Assembly (NCBI RefSeq): GCF_009914755.1
Contig: NC_060948.1
Length of the DNA: 64,000 nucleotides
From: the human T2T-CHM13v2.0 reference genome, Homo sapiens
Reading direction: 5' to 3' (one strand)
A program made the translations under genes and the position numbers. Under the pieces are notes generated by a model. That model saw only the letters and a program-made list of their open reading frames with translations, made no database searches and was not told the DNA's origin. This document shows positions 1-20,279 of this stretch, one piece after another. Positions within the stretch are counted from its first letter, which is position 1; each line of letters starts with the position of its first letter.

Positions 1-4075
<4,075 letters not shown>

Positions 4076-4109
4076 TTCCCCTTCATTTTTTTTTTTTTAA
4101 TGGTGAAGG

Positions 4110-4640
4110 AGCCATTAACTGGAAATGTAAAACTATGCAAATTCTAGAAGAAAGCACAGACATAAATGTATGTGATCTTGGATTTGGTCATAAGTTTTAA
4201 CAAATGACAACAAAGCCGATCAGCAATGGTAAAAAAAAAATTAATAATTTAAGGTTTCTCATATTAAAAGCTTATACTCTGAGTAAAATCTTGTTCAGGA
4301 AATAGAAAGATAAGCAACACACTGAAAATAAATATCTGCAAAATACAGATCTGGGTAAAAACTTGCACTGAAAATACACCAATCTTGAAACTCAAAAATA
4401 AGATATAATACCTAATTAACAATGAGTAAAGAGCTGAACACACCAATGAAAATACGAAGATGGCAAGCAAACAAAAAGATGCTCAAACTCATATATCTTT
4501 AAGTGACTGAAAATTACAACAATGAGTTAGCATGGCTCATCTATATTTGTTGGAACTACTAAACCATTTTTAAAACATGACAACTGATTTGCTGCAGGAA
4601 AAACAACAATTCATTCATTGTTTGTGGAATGCATGATGGC
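4110..4640 (+). mobile_element. Old L1M ORF2 3' fragment
   Basis: Degenerate L1 3' ORF2 motifs (aaaactatgcaaattctagaagaaa...gatcttggatttgg). Confidence 0.6.
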
Positions 4641-5262
4641 ACAGAAAGAAAAAGAACTCTTTCAAACTCTCATATTAACCTGAAAGCCTGTTTCTATCCT
4701 CTATCATACACACAAGGTGCTATTTGGTCTACCTTTTGGTGACAGACTCGAGATCCAATATAATTTGTGCATCTGTAAGAAGTAGCTGGGATCCAGACAG
4801 AAGGCAGATGGTCCCCACAGTCAAAGTCATCTAAGAACTTTTTAATAAAGAGGGACTTATTCAGGGTATCTAAAAAAGATGGTGGAGTTCCCTGGGATAG
4901 TAACAGGACCATACTCTTTGTACTCCTTGGGAATGGAGAATTAGGGGAGAGAGAAATTCTCAGCACTGGAGAGACAGAGATGGTTCAGAGCACTTGAAAG
5001 ATGTCATCACAGGCACTATGACCTCTCTGGGACTTGAGATGAAGCAGCCAGTCTAGGGCCACTGTATGTGGAGGCTGGTGTCCCCACTAGCCAAACCCAA
5101 TCAGCAGGCAGAGAGCAAAAAAATGCCTTGATACCATCTAGAGGCAGGTTAGCAGAGTTTAATCCAGAAATCATAATTTTATAAATCTTTCCAATTTAAG
5201 CCTCCTTTACAAGTATAAAACATAGTTTTATACTGACTTAGTATGAATCACTAATACATGCA

Positions 5263-5500
5263 AGCCATGCACAGTGGCTCATGTCTGTAATCCTGGCTAT
5301 TTGTGAGGCCCAGGCTAGTGGAACATTTTGGTGAAAAGATTGAGACCAGCCTGGCCAACATGGTGAAACCCTGTCTCTATTAAGCATATAAAAATTAGCT
5401 GTGTGTGTGTGGAGCGGGTGGGGGGGGGGGCGGTAAATTCCTGTAGTCTTACCTACTTGAGAGGCAGAGGCAGGAGAATTGCTTGAACATAGGAGGTGGA
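5263..5500 (+). mobile_element. Diverged Alu, truncated in the right arm
   Basis: Alu left arm and partial right arm, ending abruptly at aggaggtgga. Confidence 0.85.
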
Positions 5501-5505
5501 CATAT

Positions 5506-5654
5506 GGTTTAAGAGATGCATGTTTTTATTTTTATTCTCTTCCAGTTTTTCTTCCTTTAGTAGTAAATAGTCACTTATCTCTTGAACACTTTCATTCACA
5601 ATATATTTGTTTTGTTATTGCCGAAGACTGTGCTTTGACACACATTAACTCAAT
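5506..5654 (-). pseudogene. OFD1P: OFD1 pseudo-exon 13
   Basis: IELMCVKAQSSAITKQ...SDYLLLKEEKLEENKNKNMHLLN, compared with OFD1 LELESVKAQSLAITKQ...EEKLE(LLAQNKLLKQQLE)ESRNENLRLLN. Internal deletion; donor mutated to AT. Confidence 0.85.
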
Positions 5655-5987
5655 CTGAAACTTAAAAAGGAAAATTTGCATTTGAATGATGACTTTACAG
5701 TGCTGCAAAAGTAAAAGCTGGCAGGCTCCTTTTAGCATAGCGTCACAATTTAACTGAGGTCACTGAACCGATGTCTGAATCTCTGCAATAAGACCCAAAC
5801 TACAGTAACAAAAATTGTCTTCTGCCCTGCAGTTGGGGCAGAGGAAGTTTTATGGACAACATCCCATGAAGCAAGTCCTTCTAAGTAAGATTATAACCTC
5901 ATTTTGCATAGGCATTGAAGAACTTAAAACAGTCACTCATCATAGCAATATAGATTTGTTTTAAATATGAAAAGGTAAGGTAAAAAT

Positions 5988-6602
5988 GGCCAGGCATGGT
6001 GGCTCCCGCCTGTAACTCCAGCACTTTGGGAGGCCAACATGAGAGGATAGCTTGAGCTCAGAATTTCCAGACTACCTTGGGCAACAAGGAAAAACCCGGT
6101 CTCTACTAAAAGTGCAGCCGGACACTGGCTCAAGCCTGTAATCCCAGCACACTGGGAGACCATCATGGACAGATCACTTGAGGTAAAAAATTTGAAACCA
6201 CCCTAGCCAACATGGTGAAACCCAATCTCTACTAAAACTATAAATATTAGCCAGGCATGGTAGCAGGTGTCTGTATTCCCCGCTACCCAGGAGGTTGAAA
6301 CAGGAAAAATCACTTGAAAACAAAGGCAGTGGTAGCAGTGAGCCCAGTTTGCATCATTACACTCAAGCCTGGGCAACAGAACGAGACTCCATCTTAAAAA
6401 AATTAAAAAGTAAAAAACAAAAACAAAAAAAAGACATAATTTTCTTGGTGTGGTGGGGTATGGCTATAATCCGAGCTTCTCGGGAGGTGGAGACACAAGA
6501 ATTGCTTTACCCTGGGAGGTGATGATTGCAGTGAGCCGATATAACACTAGTGCACTCCACACTGAATGACATAATGAGGCTCAGTCTCAAAAAAAAAAAA
6601 AA
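5988..6602 (+). mobile_element. Nested Alu cluster (left arm, full Alu, right arm)
   Basis: Left monomer 5988-6111, dimer ~6116-6432, right monomer ~6435-6602 with a poly(A) tail. Confidence 0.85.
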
Positions 6603-7268
6603 GTAACATTTTGTGTAGAGCTTTTCTTTTCTTAGTATTCTCTATGTCATATTTGAATAAGAAGGCATACAAAGTTCTCACAAAAGTTCAACTTGCAAAA
6701 ATGTTTTAAGTGCCTAAAATTCCAGCTTCATCTTCAGACAGCAAGCATAAAAATAAACAGAAAATTAAACAAGCAATGGCAGGTGATAAATGCATTGCAT
6801 TTAGTTTTAATATGTGAGATAACACTATAATGTCAAAAATTTTAGCTGCTGCTGATGAAAGGAAAGAACAGGTTAATGTAGAAACAGAACAATAATAATA
6901 TTGGCCACCTGCTATGAACTAGGCTCATACGTTAACTCACTGAATTCCCTCAACAACCCTATAATGTGGAAAACATCCTAGGGTTTACAGCTGAGGAATC
7001 TGCAATCAAAGGACCTGCCCAAAGGCACACAAGAAATTAGGACACAGATAGGATTCAAGGAGGACTCTAAGAATCAAAGCACTGTCTACACTTTCATATA
7101 TGATGTTGATTGAAATTAAGAACTGTTGAGTTAACTTTAGTCATCCCCATCTTTGCCGTAGAAATGGCAGTTTAAACATCTCGAGAGAAAAATTTTGGAT
7201 AAATTATACATGACTAAAATTGTGTATGTTCATTAAAATCTATTTCAAAAAAATATGCTAAACAATTC

Positions 7269-7360
7269 CTTGAGTTCTTACATAAAACTTACAGATTGAT
7301 TGAGTTCCTCCTTTTTTGTATTACTAACTGTGAGTTCGTCTTGCAAGTAAACAGCTTTTC
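7269..7360 (-). pseudogene. OFD1P: OFD1 pseudo-exon 12
   Basis: KAVYLQDELTVSNTKKEELNQSVSFM*ELK. 92 nt, AG acceptor, donor mutated to GA. Confidence 0.9.
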
Positions 7361-8465
7361 CTGAAAGAAATAGCCCTTTAAACACCATAATGTTTTCCTT
7401 GTGAATACAAAAGCTATTTAATATTTATGGCCAGTATGTCAGACCTAATGACCATTATTTTATAATATGAAATAGCCTGTGTAGGGGACAAAACTTTCAC
7501 AGGCAAGTAAGAAATAAGCCCTGTTAGCTAACAGGTGATGTGAAGCTATAACTGTCATCTATGTGGTGAAATTCCACCATCTACACCTGCTAACCAGAGA
7601 GGTTTTAAGTTCCTTGAAGAAGAAGATCTGTCTGTTACTATATTGTAAAAGACAATATTGTTATTGTATTGTAGGTATTACTTTGTCATTTTCATTTTAT
7701 TTAACTTGAATCTATGTAGATATAATATCAAGGCAAAATTTGCTACATAGATGATGGTAGTAATTTATAAAAGAAGGGTTAGTCTCCACAAGATAGTAGT
7801 AAAAGCGGAAGCCACACACTGGGTGTCTGGACATCAAATAACCACCCTTGGTGTACTCCCAATAGTCTAATTGAAAATTCCAACAAAACGTCACCTCTCC
7901 TAACAGGCAATTTCCTAAAAATATATTGAAATATAAAATATCTGAAGATTGAGACATTACTCATCTTCCAGTTTCAAGTGAAATATACACAAGAAATCAG
8001 GAGGTTATATGTAAAGTAAAAATATTATAAATAAAAAATATTTTAGAAGGCCACAAAATAAGAAGCTATGTCACAGGAAACAGAGAAGTTAAAGTTTTTC
8101 CTTAAGTGGAAAAGAACATATCTCATGCTAAAAGTAATAGGCACCAGAGGCAATAAGTTGCTGCCACCTTGATAATTACAGGTTTTTCAAAATATATTGA
8201 AATAAAGCTTATTAAAAATACAGAAACAATCACTGGCCTTTCTGACTATATAAAATATTAAAAATAATGGTTTCTCAAAAGGCAGTGAAGACAATTTTTT
8301 TAATTTTACATAATTAAAATTACAAAAAATATGAACTATCGAAGAGACAATGAAACATAAAGTTTTTTTTTTGTTTTTTTAGAATATAAAACAGACCCAA
8401 ATTGGGAAGCTAATAACCTGTATCAAAACTGAAAACTACAGCTACTTACCCCACCCAAACCTCAC

Positions 8466-8539
8466 CTTTATTCTTCCTTTTCTCTCCAATCAGTCAATTA
8501 GTTCTAATGATGGAGTCATCCATTAGTTCAAGTTGTTAC
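8466..8539 (-). pseudogene. OFD1P: OFD1 pseudo-exon 11
   Basis: *QLELMDDSIIRTN*LIGEKRKNK. 74 nt, flanked by cag and gtgagg. Confidence 0.9.
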
Positions 8540-10313
8540 CTGATATTTATAATGAGTCAATATAAATTTCATAGTTATCTCTCCAGAAAGATGGTTATCA
8601 ATGTGGGAGCTTATCTACGGTACAGGTGAACCTGAGGGCACTGAAGACGACATTACGTGAACTTCAATGTCCCTCAGTACTAAAGCCAGGGATAGGAATT
8701 TCAAACATAACATGTCCAGTAAAACCCTGCCTTGATGTTATAAAGCACCATCATACGAAATGGAGGGTTATGTTGTCATAAGGTTACTGAAAGCATCACT
8801 TTCCAGTTGGTCTCAGGTGACCCAAAGAGCAAGGAAGAAAAATAAATGTACACAGCACACGGCAGACTCAATCCCACATGATAATTAGACAATCACTTTC
8901 ATCCCACCTGTACTATCTGCCTAGGCCAAACAAATGTAAGGACTTTTGTGCCTAGGGAACAAGCACAGTCTGGGGAACTAGGTGCTAAGAGCATTGTATC
9001 TGAATTAGCAGTACCTAAAGGCATATTTTCACAGTTTTACTTTTCTTTCCCAGCTTTTACAAGCTGTCTTTTGATTCCAAAAGGATAAAGAAACACTCCT
9101 GTGGTGAACAGTCCCCAAACTCCAACACTTGCCAAAGTCATACGAGAATTCCCAATGCCAGAAAGACACCATGCAGACCATGGAAGCTGTCAAAATGATA
9201 CCAAATAGTTCAGTAGCTCCATAATGATATAAAATTAACAAACATACTTTAATACATGTATTCCTGAAAATTCAGTAACTACAGAAACTTCATGTTAGCT
9301 CTTTTAATGTAGAAACTGACAAAAAAATTGGATAAAATACATCATTTTATAAGTAAAAAATAAAGTTTCTCATGGTTAGGAGTAATATGTACCAGAAGCA
9401 GTAAGCTGCTGCCAACTTCTTGACAACTACGGAGTTATCAAAATATATAGAGAATATATTAGGAATTCAGAATCTATAAAAAAACTAGTCTTTTTTTGAA
9501 GATAGAATTTGTTTATAGAATAACCTCAAGAAAGCTTTGCAAGTTCTGTGTAATGGAATATTCATGATAAATTATGAGGAAGGCAATAAAAGGAGACCAA
9601 ATAAATGCCCAGGGCACCTGAGTTGCGTCATTTCCTCCTGATACGTAAACTACAAATATTAGCTAAGAATTTTTTATGTGTTTGATGCTTTCAAACCCAC
9701 TGAAAAGTGACCACATGGGCATAAGGTCTTAGCACTGAGGTATTACTCACTGATATAAAAGATCAGAGTAGAGAAAAGCCAAAGTAATCATAATTGTCCA
9801 TATTTTCTTTCCCTCTATCAATTTTTGCCTCAAATAGTTAATTTTACCTCCTTTCTTTTGATTCTGGCTTTGCAGAATCATGAAGGAATACAAGGAACAT
9901 GTTCACTGACAAACATTTGGACCACTAAGTGTAATTTATACATTGTTAGATATCCCCATCATTGTGGCACTATGAGTGGGGTAGAGGAAAATGTAACTGA
10001 AAGTGATTATAATTGAAACTTTACAGCTTATCAACTATGCAACCTGAGTAAATCACAATGTGCACTGCCCTTGATAAGTATTTGAGAAGACACAAGGAAG
10101 AAGAACAGAGGACGTGCTTTTCTATACCTTGTCTTTTAAAAACTACTCTAACTCAAATGTGAGAAAGTATAGGCTATTGATAAACATATGTATTTTTTTG
10201 AACACTAAAGTTTGCATAAGATGGAAACCTTAGAATACTTCCTTAGTTTTTGTTTTATGTTTCTGCCAATGTAATTTAAACAAATTACTTCTTCAAACGT
10301 GCCAAAGCATTAT

Positions 10314-10432
10314 GCTAGAAGTTTGTATTTTAGGTTTCTGTGATAGGTCTCCTCAAGACACTTTGTATTCTGCTCCCATCTACTAAGTCCTCAGTCATGC
10401 TTTTATATTTTTCTTCCTGGAGTTTATGGGTT
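10314..10432 (-). pseudogene. OFD1P: OFD1 pseudo-exon 10
   Basis: HKLQEEKYKSMTEDL...EQNTKCLEETYHRNLK, compared with OFD1 QKLQEEKHKSITEAL...EQNIKSFEETYDRKLK. Confidence 0.88.
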
Positions 10433-10831
10433 CTGAAATTAGCAGAAACATAAAGTAAATAAACTATAATAGCTGAGTTAACACATTTAGGAAAAGCATC
10501 ATGTGGCATGTTTTTAGTTCAACAGACTAAAACTAGTACATGACAGTTACTACTGGGACGTAAAACAAAAGAACCAGAAGTCCTCAGTGTATTTTATGAA
10601 CCGACCTAGTTACAATGTGTTGAAACTAGCAGAAGCAGGGGGCTGTGGCATATGACTGAGAAGAGTGGGAGGGTCTCTTACTGAGGGGAGTGAGAGAGTC
10701 TCAATGAAGAAGTGATTTCTCATAGAAGATAATTAACACTTAAACAATAGCTAAAGGTGATAAACGGTCCAAATCAATTCTGGGATGAAAGAATAATACT
10801 GTTAGTTACAAAGTCATAAAAGTGCACTTAT

Positions 10832-11129
<298 letters not shown>

Positions 11130-11249
11130 GTGTACTTATGTATTTGAATCTTCTATAATGCTCTTTGTAACTCTGGAATTTAATTAATTATCTCATAGAT
11201 ATGTAAGGTACAATATTTGTTTTTCTCACTTAATAATCTATCAGCTTTA

Positions 11250-11415
11250 GTCAAGTATGGTAGCCTTCAGCTATAATCCCAGCTTTGCAGAATGCTGAGG
11301 CAGGAGAATCACTTGAGCCCAAGAGTTTCAGACCAGCCTGGACAACATAGCATGACCCTGTCTCTTAAAATCAAAACAACACCACCAAATAACCCTACAA
11401 AACAAACAAAAAAAC
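11250..11415 (+). mobile_element. Alu monomer fragment
   Basis: gctgaggcaggagaatcacttgagccc...accctgtctc followed by an A-rich tail. Confidence 0.7.
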
Positions 11416-12538
11416 CCTATGGATTGAATACTGATCAAGTACCAAAAGAGAGGGCAACAGATAGATGGGTCGTTCCAGGCTTCCAAATACTTAAGAATAA
11501 AATAATTTTCATAGTGAGACTTCAAGTCACCCATTGCACTGATTCCTAAGCCAGGGAGGTGGATTTACAGGTGATGAGATTCAGCCATCCTGAGAAGTTC
11601 TATAAAACACTGACTAGTCTAAGAACAGTTAAAGGCTCCAGGTATTAGCTCCCTCTGCTGGTAATCTGGAAAGCCATGGAGAGATAAACTACATTGATTT
11701 AGTATATATGCTGAGAGAAGGGAAAAGGAGTAGAGAAAATGGAGGTTAAAAAAAGTGGCACACTCTCTCTGCCCAAAAGTTGTTTCTCTTTTTTTTCTCT
11801 ATCTCGATTAATTTACCTTTTCATTGTTCCCAAAAAGAGAGTAAGGTACACAGCGAGCTGAAATAAAAAAAAAATCAAACCTAGAGAAGTGAGAAAACAA
11901 CATTAAATAAGATGGAGACAAATTCTTTAATGAGCTAAAATCCCTAAATTATCTTTGGGTGTCAATTAACAGCACATTCCCAATAGAAAAGAAGGCTTCT
12001 TGTGCAAACCACAGACAGGTGAGATTGCTGTCAATCCCAGATAATATATGAATGATAAAACATTTCTGAGCACTTGGACAATGCGAATAGCATTGAGAAA
12101 TAGTTTCATCCAGTACAAGTCAAGTCAAACCACAATACTTCCTTTTTTTGAGCACAGAGCTGGTAAAAGACGCAGGCCTGGATATTTGGAATTCAGTCAC
12201 AATACATAAACACACAAAACTATCAGACCTGAAGGACTGAAGTTAACTTTAAAACATATGATCTGTTCAAGTATTAACAGTGTCTCCAAATTTTCTGTTT
12301 GATGTTACTGTAGCCTGGTGATAACACCTCATTCTGCCTTTCATCTTAACAGTTAACATTTCAAAAGCACAGCCTTCGCGTTTGTTTCTCTTAAAGTGTA
12401 AATTCTAATGCTGCGTGATACCACCTTTACAAAAAAAGAATTCTACTTGGTAATAAACATGAGAATATTTAGACATATATTTAGTAATTCTTTTTAATCT
12501 CATCATTCTGAATATCCAAAATAAACATACATACCTGC

Positions 12539-12643
12539 AATTCAAAAGCTTCAACTCTCTGCTTCAGCTCTGCTTTTCTTTCTCTTAACAGATACATATC
12601 TTTAAGTAAAAGAAGACTTTGAGCATAAAGTTTCTCATTTCAA
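12539..12643 (-). pseudogene. OFD1P: OFD1 pseudo-exon 9
   Basis: [31 protein letters not shown], compared with OFD1 [31 protein letters not shown]. Confidence 0.92.
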
Positions 12644-12666
12644 CTGGTAAAAAAGCATTAATTTTG

Positions 12667-12935
12667 GCCACTTACAGTGGCTCAACACTTTGGGAGGCTG
12701 AGGCAGGAAGGTCATGAGGTCAGGAGTTCAAGATCAGCCCAGCCAAGATGGTAAAAACTCCATCTCTACTAAAAATGCAAAAGTTAGATGGGCATGATGG
12801 CAGGCTACTCAGGAGGTTGAGGCAGGGAATTGCTTGAACTTGGTAGGCCAAACAGCAATGAGCTGAGATCACGCCAATGCACTCCAGCCTTGGTGACAGA
12901 GCAAGACTGTCTCAAAATAAACAACAACAAAAAAA
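12667..12935 (+). mobile_element. Alu with internal deletions
   Basis: Alu dimer; TSD-like flanks aaaaagcattaatttt and aaaaggcattacgtttt. Confidence 0.85.
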
Positions 12936-13064
12936 GGCATTACGTTTTAGCAAGCAAGTTAATGAAAGCATAACAAATTTGAGTAAATACTCTCCTTCCT
13001 GAATTCCAAAAAACAAAGTACAGAAATAGAGAATAACAATTTCACCTTCAAATGATTGCAACTC

Positions 13065-13352
13065 AGCTGGGCATGCTGATTCACTCTTATAATCCTAGCC
13101 ATTTGTGAGACCAAAACAGGCCGATCACCTGAGGTCAAATTTTGAGGCCAGCCTCGCCAATATGGTGAAACCACATCTCAACAAAAATTACAAAAATTAA
13201 CTTGGTATGGTGGTGGGCACTTCTAATCTCAGCTAATTGGGAGGCTGAGGCAGAAGAATCTCTTGAACCTGGGAGACAGAGGTTGCAATGATCCAAGGTA
13301 GTGCCATTGCACTCCAGCCTGGGCAAAAGATTAAAACTTCGTCTCAAAAAAA
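13065..13352 (+). mobile_element. Alu
   Basis: Diverged full dimer. Confidence 0.88.
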
Positions 13353-13501
13353 GAATCCACTTCAATGTATTCCACAACTAGCTATTCCAGCTGCATAAAT
13401 ATTTACTTTTCAATTTCTGTTAAACTACCTTCCCATATATTTTTAACATCCCTTGTGTAATTCATGCTACTTAGTTAACTTCTCTCAGTCCCTTATGTAA
13501 C

Positions 13502-13789
13502 TTTTTTTTTTTTTTTTGAGACTGGGTTCTCCTCTGTTGCCCAGGCTTGAATGAAGCATTGTGGTTTTGGATAACTGCAACCTCTGCATCCCAGAATCAA
13601 AGGATCCTCCTACCTCAGCCTTCTGAGTAGCCAAGACTACAAACACTGACCACCAAGTTCAGCTACATTTTGTGTAGAGTCGGGGTTGTGCCATGCTTCC
13701 CAGGCTGGTGTTGAAGCTGTGATTCAAATGAATCACCATCTCAGCCTCTCAAAGTGCTAAATCTATAGACATGAGCCACACACCTGGCC
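13502..13789 (-). mobile_element. Alu (AluJ-like)
   Basis: Poly(T) followed by an antisense dimer. Confidence 0.85.
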
Positions 13790-15688
13790 TCCTTAACTAA
13801 AATTTTGTAAGTTCTTCAGGAAAAAATAATTAAAATATACATTCAGAAATAAAGCCCAAAGGAATAAAATCCCCATGGTTTTTAGTGGTGCTGCTGTCTG
13901 AATGTTTCAGTTTATGAGTCATCATGACTGAGAGTTAGCAAGCTCATATGAACTTGTAAAAGAATGAGACAACCTTCCACTTATGTCTTCACAGAGTAAG
14001 AATTTACTAACTACCTGTCATATATCAAGAAGCATACTGGGAACTAGATATAAAATTTAGACAGATACAGTCCTCATCTCTGAAGACCTCACAGTATAGT
14101 CAGGGAGAAACAATCACACTATGATAGGATAAATTTATAACTGAACTTAATAAAGACCGCATGCAGGAATGAGACCTAAATGAGTTGCTCAGTGGCAGTC
14201 AGGGAAGGCATCTCAGGGGTGACACCAAAGCTGGGCCTTGAATGACACTATGGTTTTATCAGGGAGAGAAGGAGATTGATATTCCAGGTGAGGAAATACA
14301 GGCATGGTGGTTTTTATGAGAAGGACAGTCTTCCTCAAAGACTCAGATCCTCGCAGTTGAATAAACAGAATTCTAGTCGGTCAACTATCTTGAAGCTGAA
14401 GTTACTAGTCTAAACACAATCTAATCATCTCTAAGATCTGTGCATCCAAAATTCAACTTTATAGCTGAAGCAAGCCCTAAATTTCCAGAAATTCTATAGA
14501 AAATTTTAGAGCCGGTGCCCTTAGTATTAAAGAGCTATGTCTCATTGAGAATTTCCAAGCAAGAGTGGGCACTAGGGGGAAGCCTTCCTACTTTTAACAT
14601 CTGTCAGTAGCTGTTGTAGATGTATGTTTGAAATACTGCTGTAAATCCTGTCTCTTCTAAAACACACACTTGGAAAAGGAATAAGATTACCTAAAGGAGT
14701 ATATCCAATCCCACTTGCCAACTAAAGCTCCTTGTCATTCCTCATCGTCTTAATCTCCTTTCCAGTTACTTTCCTGGTGATGAGATCAAATGGCCACATT
14801 GATGACCCTGGGGACTCTGGTGAATCCTTCACCCCAGGAATATTTACTCTTGCTCATTTCCATGGCTCCATCCAATGACAGCGTACTGCTTTTGATTTCC
14901 AGTCTCCACCTGAAACCTCATTCTGCAATTCCGCACTCCTGGACCATCGTTATTCTTGCACCTGTCAGTCTCTTCAGATCTAGTTCCTGATCACTGAGAC
15001 TACCACTTAACCCTCCCTTTCCCCAAAGGTTACCAGCCACCTGCCCTCTCCTCTGCTTACCCTTGCTACACAGGAGAATGATATAATCTTCAATTAAATT
15101 CTCTGACTTTCTCAAGGAAAATGAATTATGTTCTGCAAAGCTCCACTTCCCAAGTATCTCCATCTCTCCACCCTCACTGAAAGGGGCAGCAGAGAGAGAC
15201 CCTTAAAATTTCTCCCTAGATCTAGAACAGAAAACTCAACTATAAACATGTGGTTTTATCTCTCTCAATCCCAGGTTACTGTAACCAAAGCTGGGCCATC
15301 AGTACAGGTAACCACTCTGCTCTGCTTTAAAGAGCTGTTCTTACCTTACCCACATGAGCTACTCTGCACCTCCGAGCTGCTCCTAAAACTCATGACCTAT
15401 CTTCTTAATTGGCCTGAGACGATGAAGCATTTTTATGGTGTGTTTCTCATAATTACAAGTTGACTGGTCAACTCTGCAATGCTTTCCTTTCCACTAGTCT
15501 CGAAGGACACAAATCTATGTATCCTTTTCAAGGTCCATTGTCCTTGTGTTTTTGCACTCTTAGCCACAGTCCGTACCGCTCCTCTGGGGCCTTGTTCCAT
15601 CAGTTGCAACATCTCATTCCTGGATCTTGAGTCAACCCAGTAATAACTGTAGGAAATAGCCACCCAGTAAAATATTCATAAATACCAC

Positions 15689-15833
15689 CTCTTGGTTCTT
15701 TTGATTTCTCTCAAGGATACACTTTTCCTGAAGACTGAGGGCTTCAGATTCTGCTTGACAAGCTCTCTCAGAATCACTTCAGAACATAGCTAATTCCTTC
15801 TCATACTCTCTTATCACTTCCATAAAACTTCAA
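15689..15833 (-). pseudogene. OFD1P: OFD1 pseudo-exon 8
   Basis: LKF..[41 protein letters not shown]. Internal deletion and a stop codon. Confidence 0.92.
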
Positions 15834-16161
15834 CTGCAAATTGATTACAAAAATATAAAAGTCCCAATCATTATACTATTAGAAAAGCAACAGTTCCTCT
15901 CTCCACCGCTAGGCTCCATATCAATGCTCTGTCCAAATATGTTATATTTATTTAATCTACAGTTTTATATCATTTACTGTATTTGTAGGACTCAATCAAA
16001 AGGGATAAACAAATCTCATAAGAAAAAATTGATATGCGCAACAGTGAAGTACCCTATTTTTTATTAAAAATTCCAGGTATTTTTTTAACATACCTAAGAG
16101 TAAATCTTTAGATGACAAACAAAAATATGACTCTTGTTAACTGTAACAAGATACAGATTAC

Positions 16162-16295
16162 GTTTTGACACATTTCTGCCAGAAGTTGTTTTTCTATTTC
16201 TCTCTTATATTCATTTAGCTTTACTTCTAAAGACTCAAGCTTTATATGCTGAGGATAAGCATCTGCCAATTGATCAAGAAGCTGAAGGTTCTCAA
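16162..16295 (-). pseudogene. OFD1P: OFD1 pseudo-exon 7
   Basis: [44 protein letters not shown] (ORF 16108-16335); AG/GT intact. Confidence 0.96.
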
Positions 16296-16574
16296 CTATT
16301 AAAAAGTAGCAGGCCAAATTAGGACACAGAAGCATGGTCAGGTGTGTAAGAGGCCAGATTTCTGGTTCGAAAGTAAAAAGTATACTTAGGGGAACCTATC
16401 GCTGCCTGCAATGTACTTTGAAATACAAAAAAATGTAAGATGAATAGATGCACAGATTAAAATGATAAAGCCTATATAACACAAATGTATTAGTAGAATC
16501 TAGGTGGTAGGTGTGTAAGTGTTGACCAGAATTGTTTCAACTTTTCTGTATGTTGAAAATGCCCAGGAATTTAC

Positions 16575-16738
16575 CACCATGCACCAGGCCCAGCTAATTT
16601 AATTTTTTTTTTTTTTTTTGGAGACAGAGTCTCGCTATGTTGCCTTCCCAGCTGATTTCAAACTCATGGCCTCAAGTGATCCTCCTTCCTGGGCATCACA
16701 GTGTGCTGGGATCACAAGAATGAGCCACTTTGTCTGGT
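16575..16738 (-). mobile_element. Alu fragment
   Basis: Antisense left-arm sequence. Confidence 0.75.
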
Positions 16739-17594
16739 TATAGCTTTTAAGAATAAATCTTTAAAAAGTCTTTCCCAAGCATGATACAAAACCTGAAAGG
16801 AATAAGGAGTAATATTTATCAATCTCACTACATGTAAATAAAAAATTTACATATGGCATAAGATAAATATAAATAATACACTGGAAAAGTAGTTGCAATA
16901 ATATGGAGGCATAACCAGGACTAAAGTGATGACATTTTAATATTGTTAAACAGCTCTTACAAATCAGTTAAAATAAAAAAAGCAAAACTGAAAAATGGGG
17001 GAAAACATGGCCAGATTGTAGGAAAAATAAAAAGTAAAATGGCTCGAAGATGAGCAAGATTATCAGATGTTGAATAAACATGAAGAAAATCATAAATGCA
17101 AATTAGTAAAAAAGAAACCATTATTTTCCCTGTAACACCACTAAGATTAAAACTTTGTTAACGCTAATGTTGGCAATGGAGTGGAAGTATAACTGTGCTG
17201 ATACACTTGGAAGAGAAATGTGTCAGTGCTTATATATATTCAAAATGCAGGTGCCTTTTTATCTACTCATTCCAATTCTATGAATTCACACAGCTATATT
17301 TGTACAAGCACATAAAGGGTGCACACTGTATATTGGTTACCTCTATTGGGAAAAGGCAAACAAGAAGACAGCTAAATTTCCATCAGTAGGGGGTTAAATA
17401 TTTACTTTAAAAATAATTAGTCTCAATATACTGCTACAAGTAGATATATTGGTGGATAGAAAAAGCAATCTGCCTACAGAATCTATAATATAATTTTATT
17501 CAATGTGTGTTTTAATTAGAAATACATAGAGTTTTAAACACAAACAATTCTACAAAAATAACCAAGAAACAAAATTATTGAAATTCTAGTTATC

Positions 17595-20279
<2,685 letters not shown>

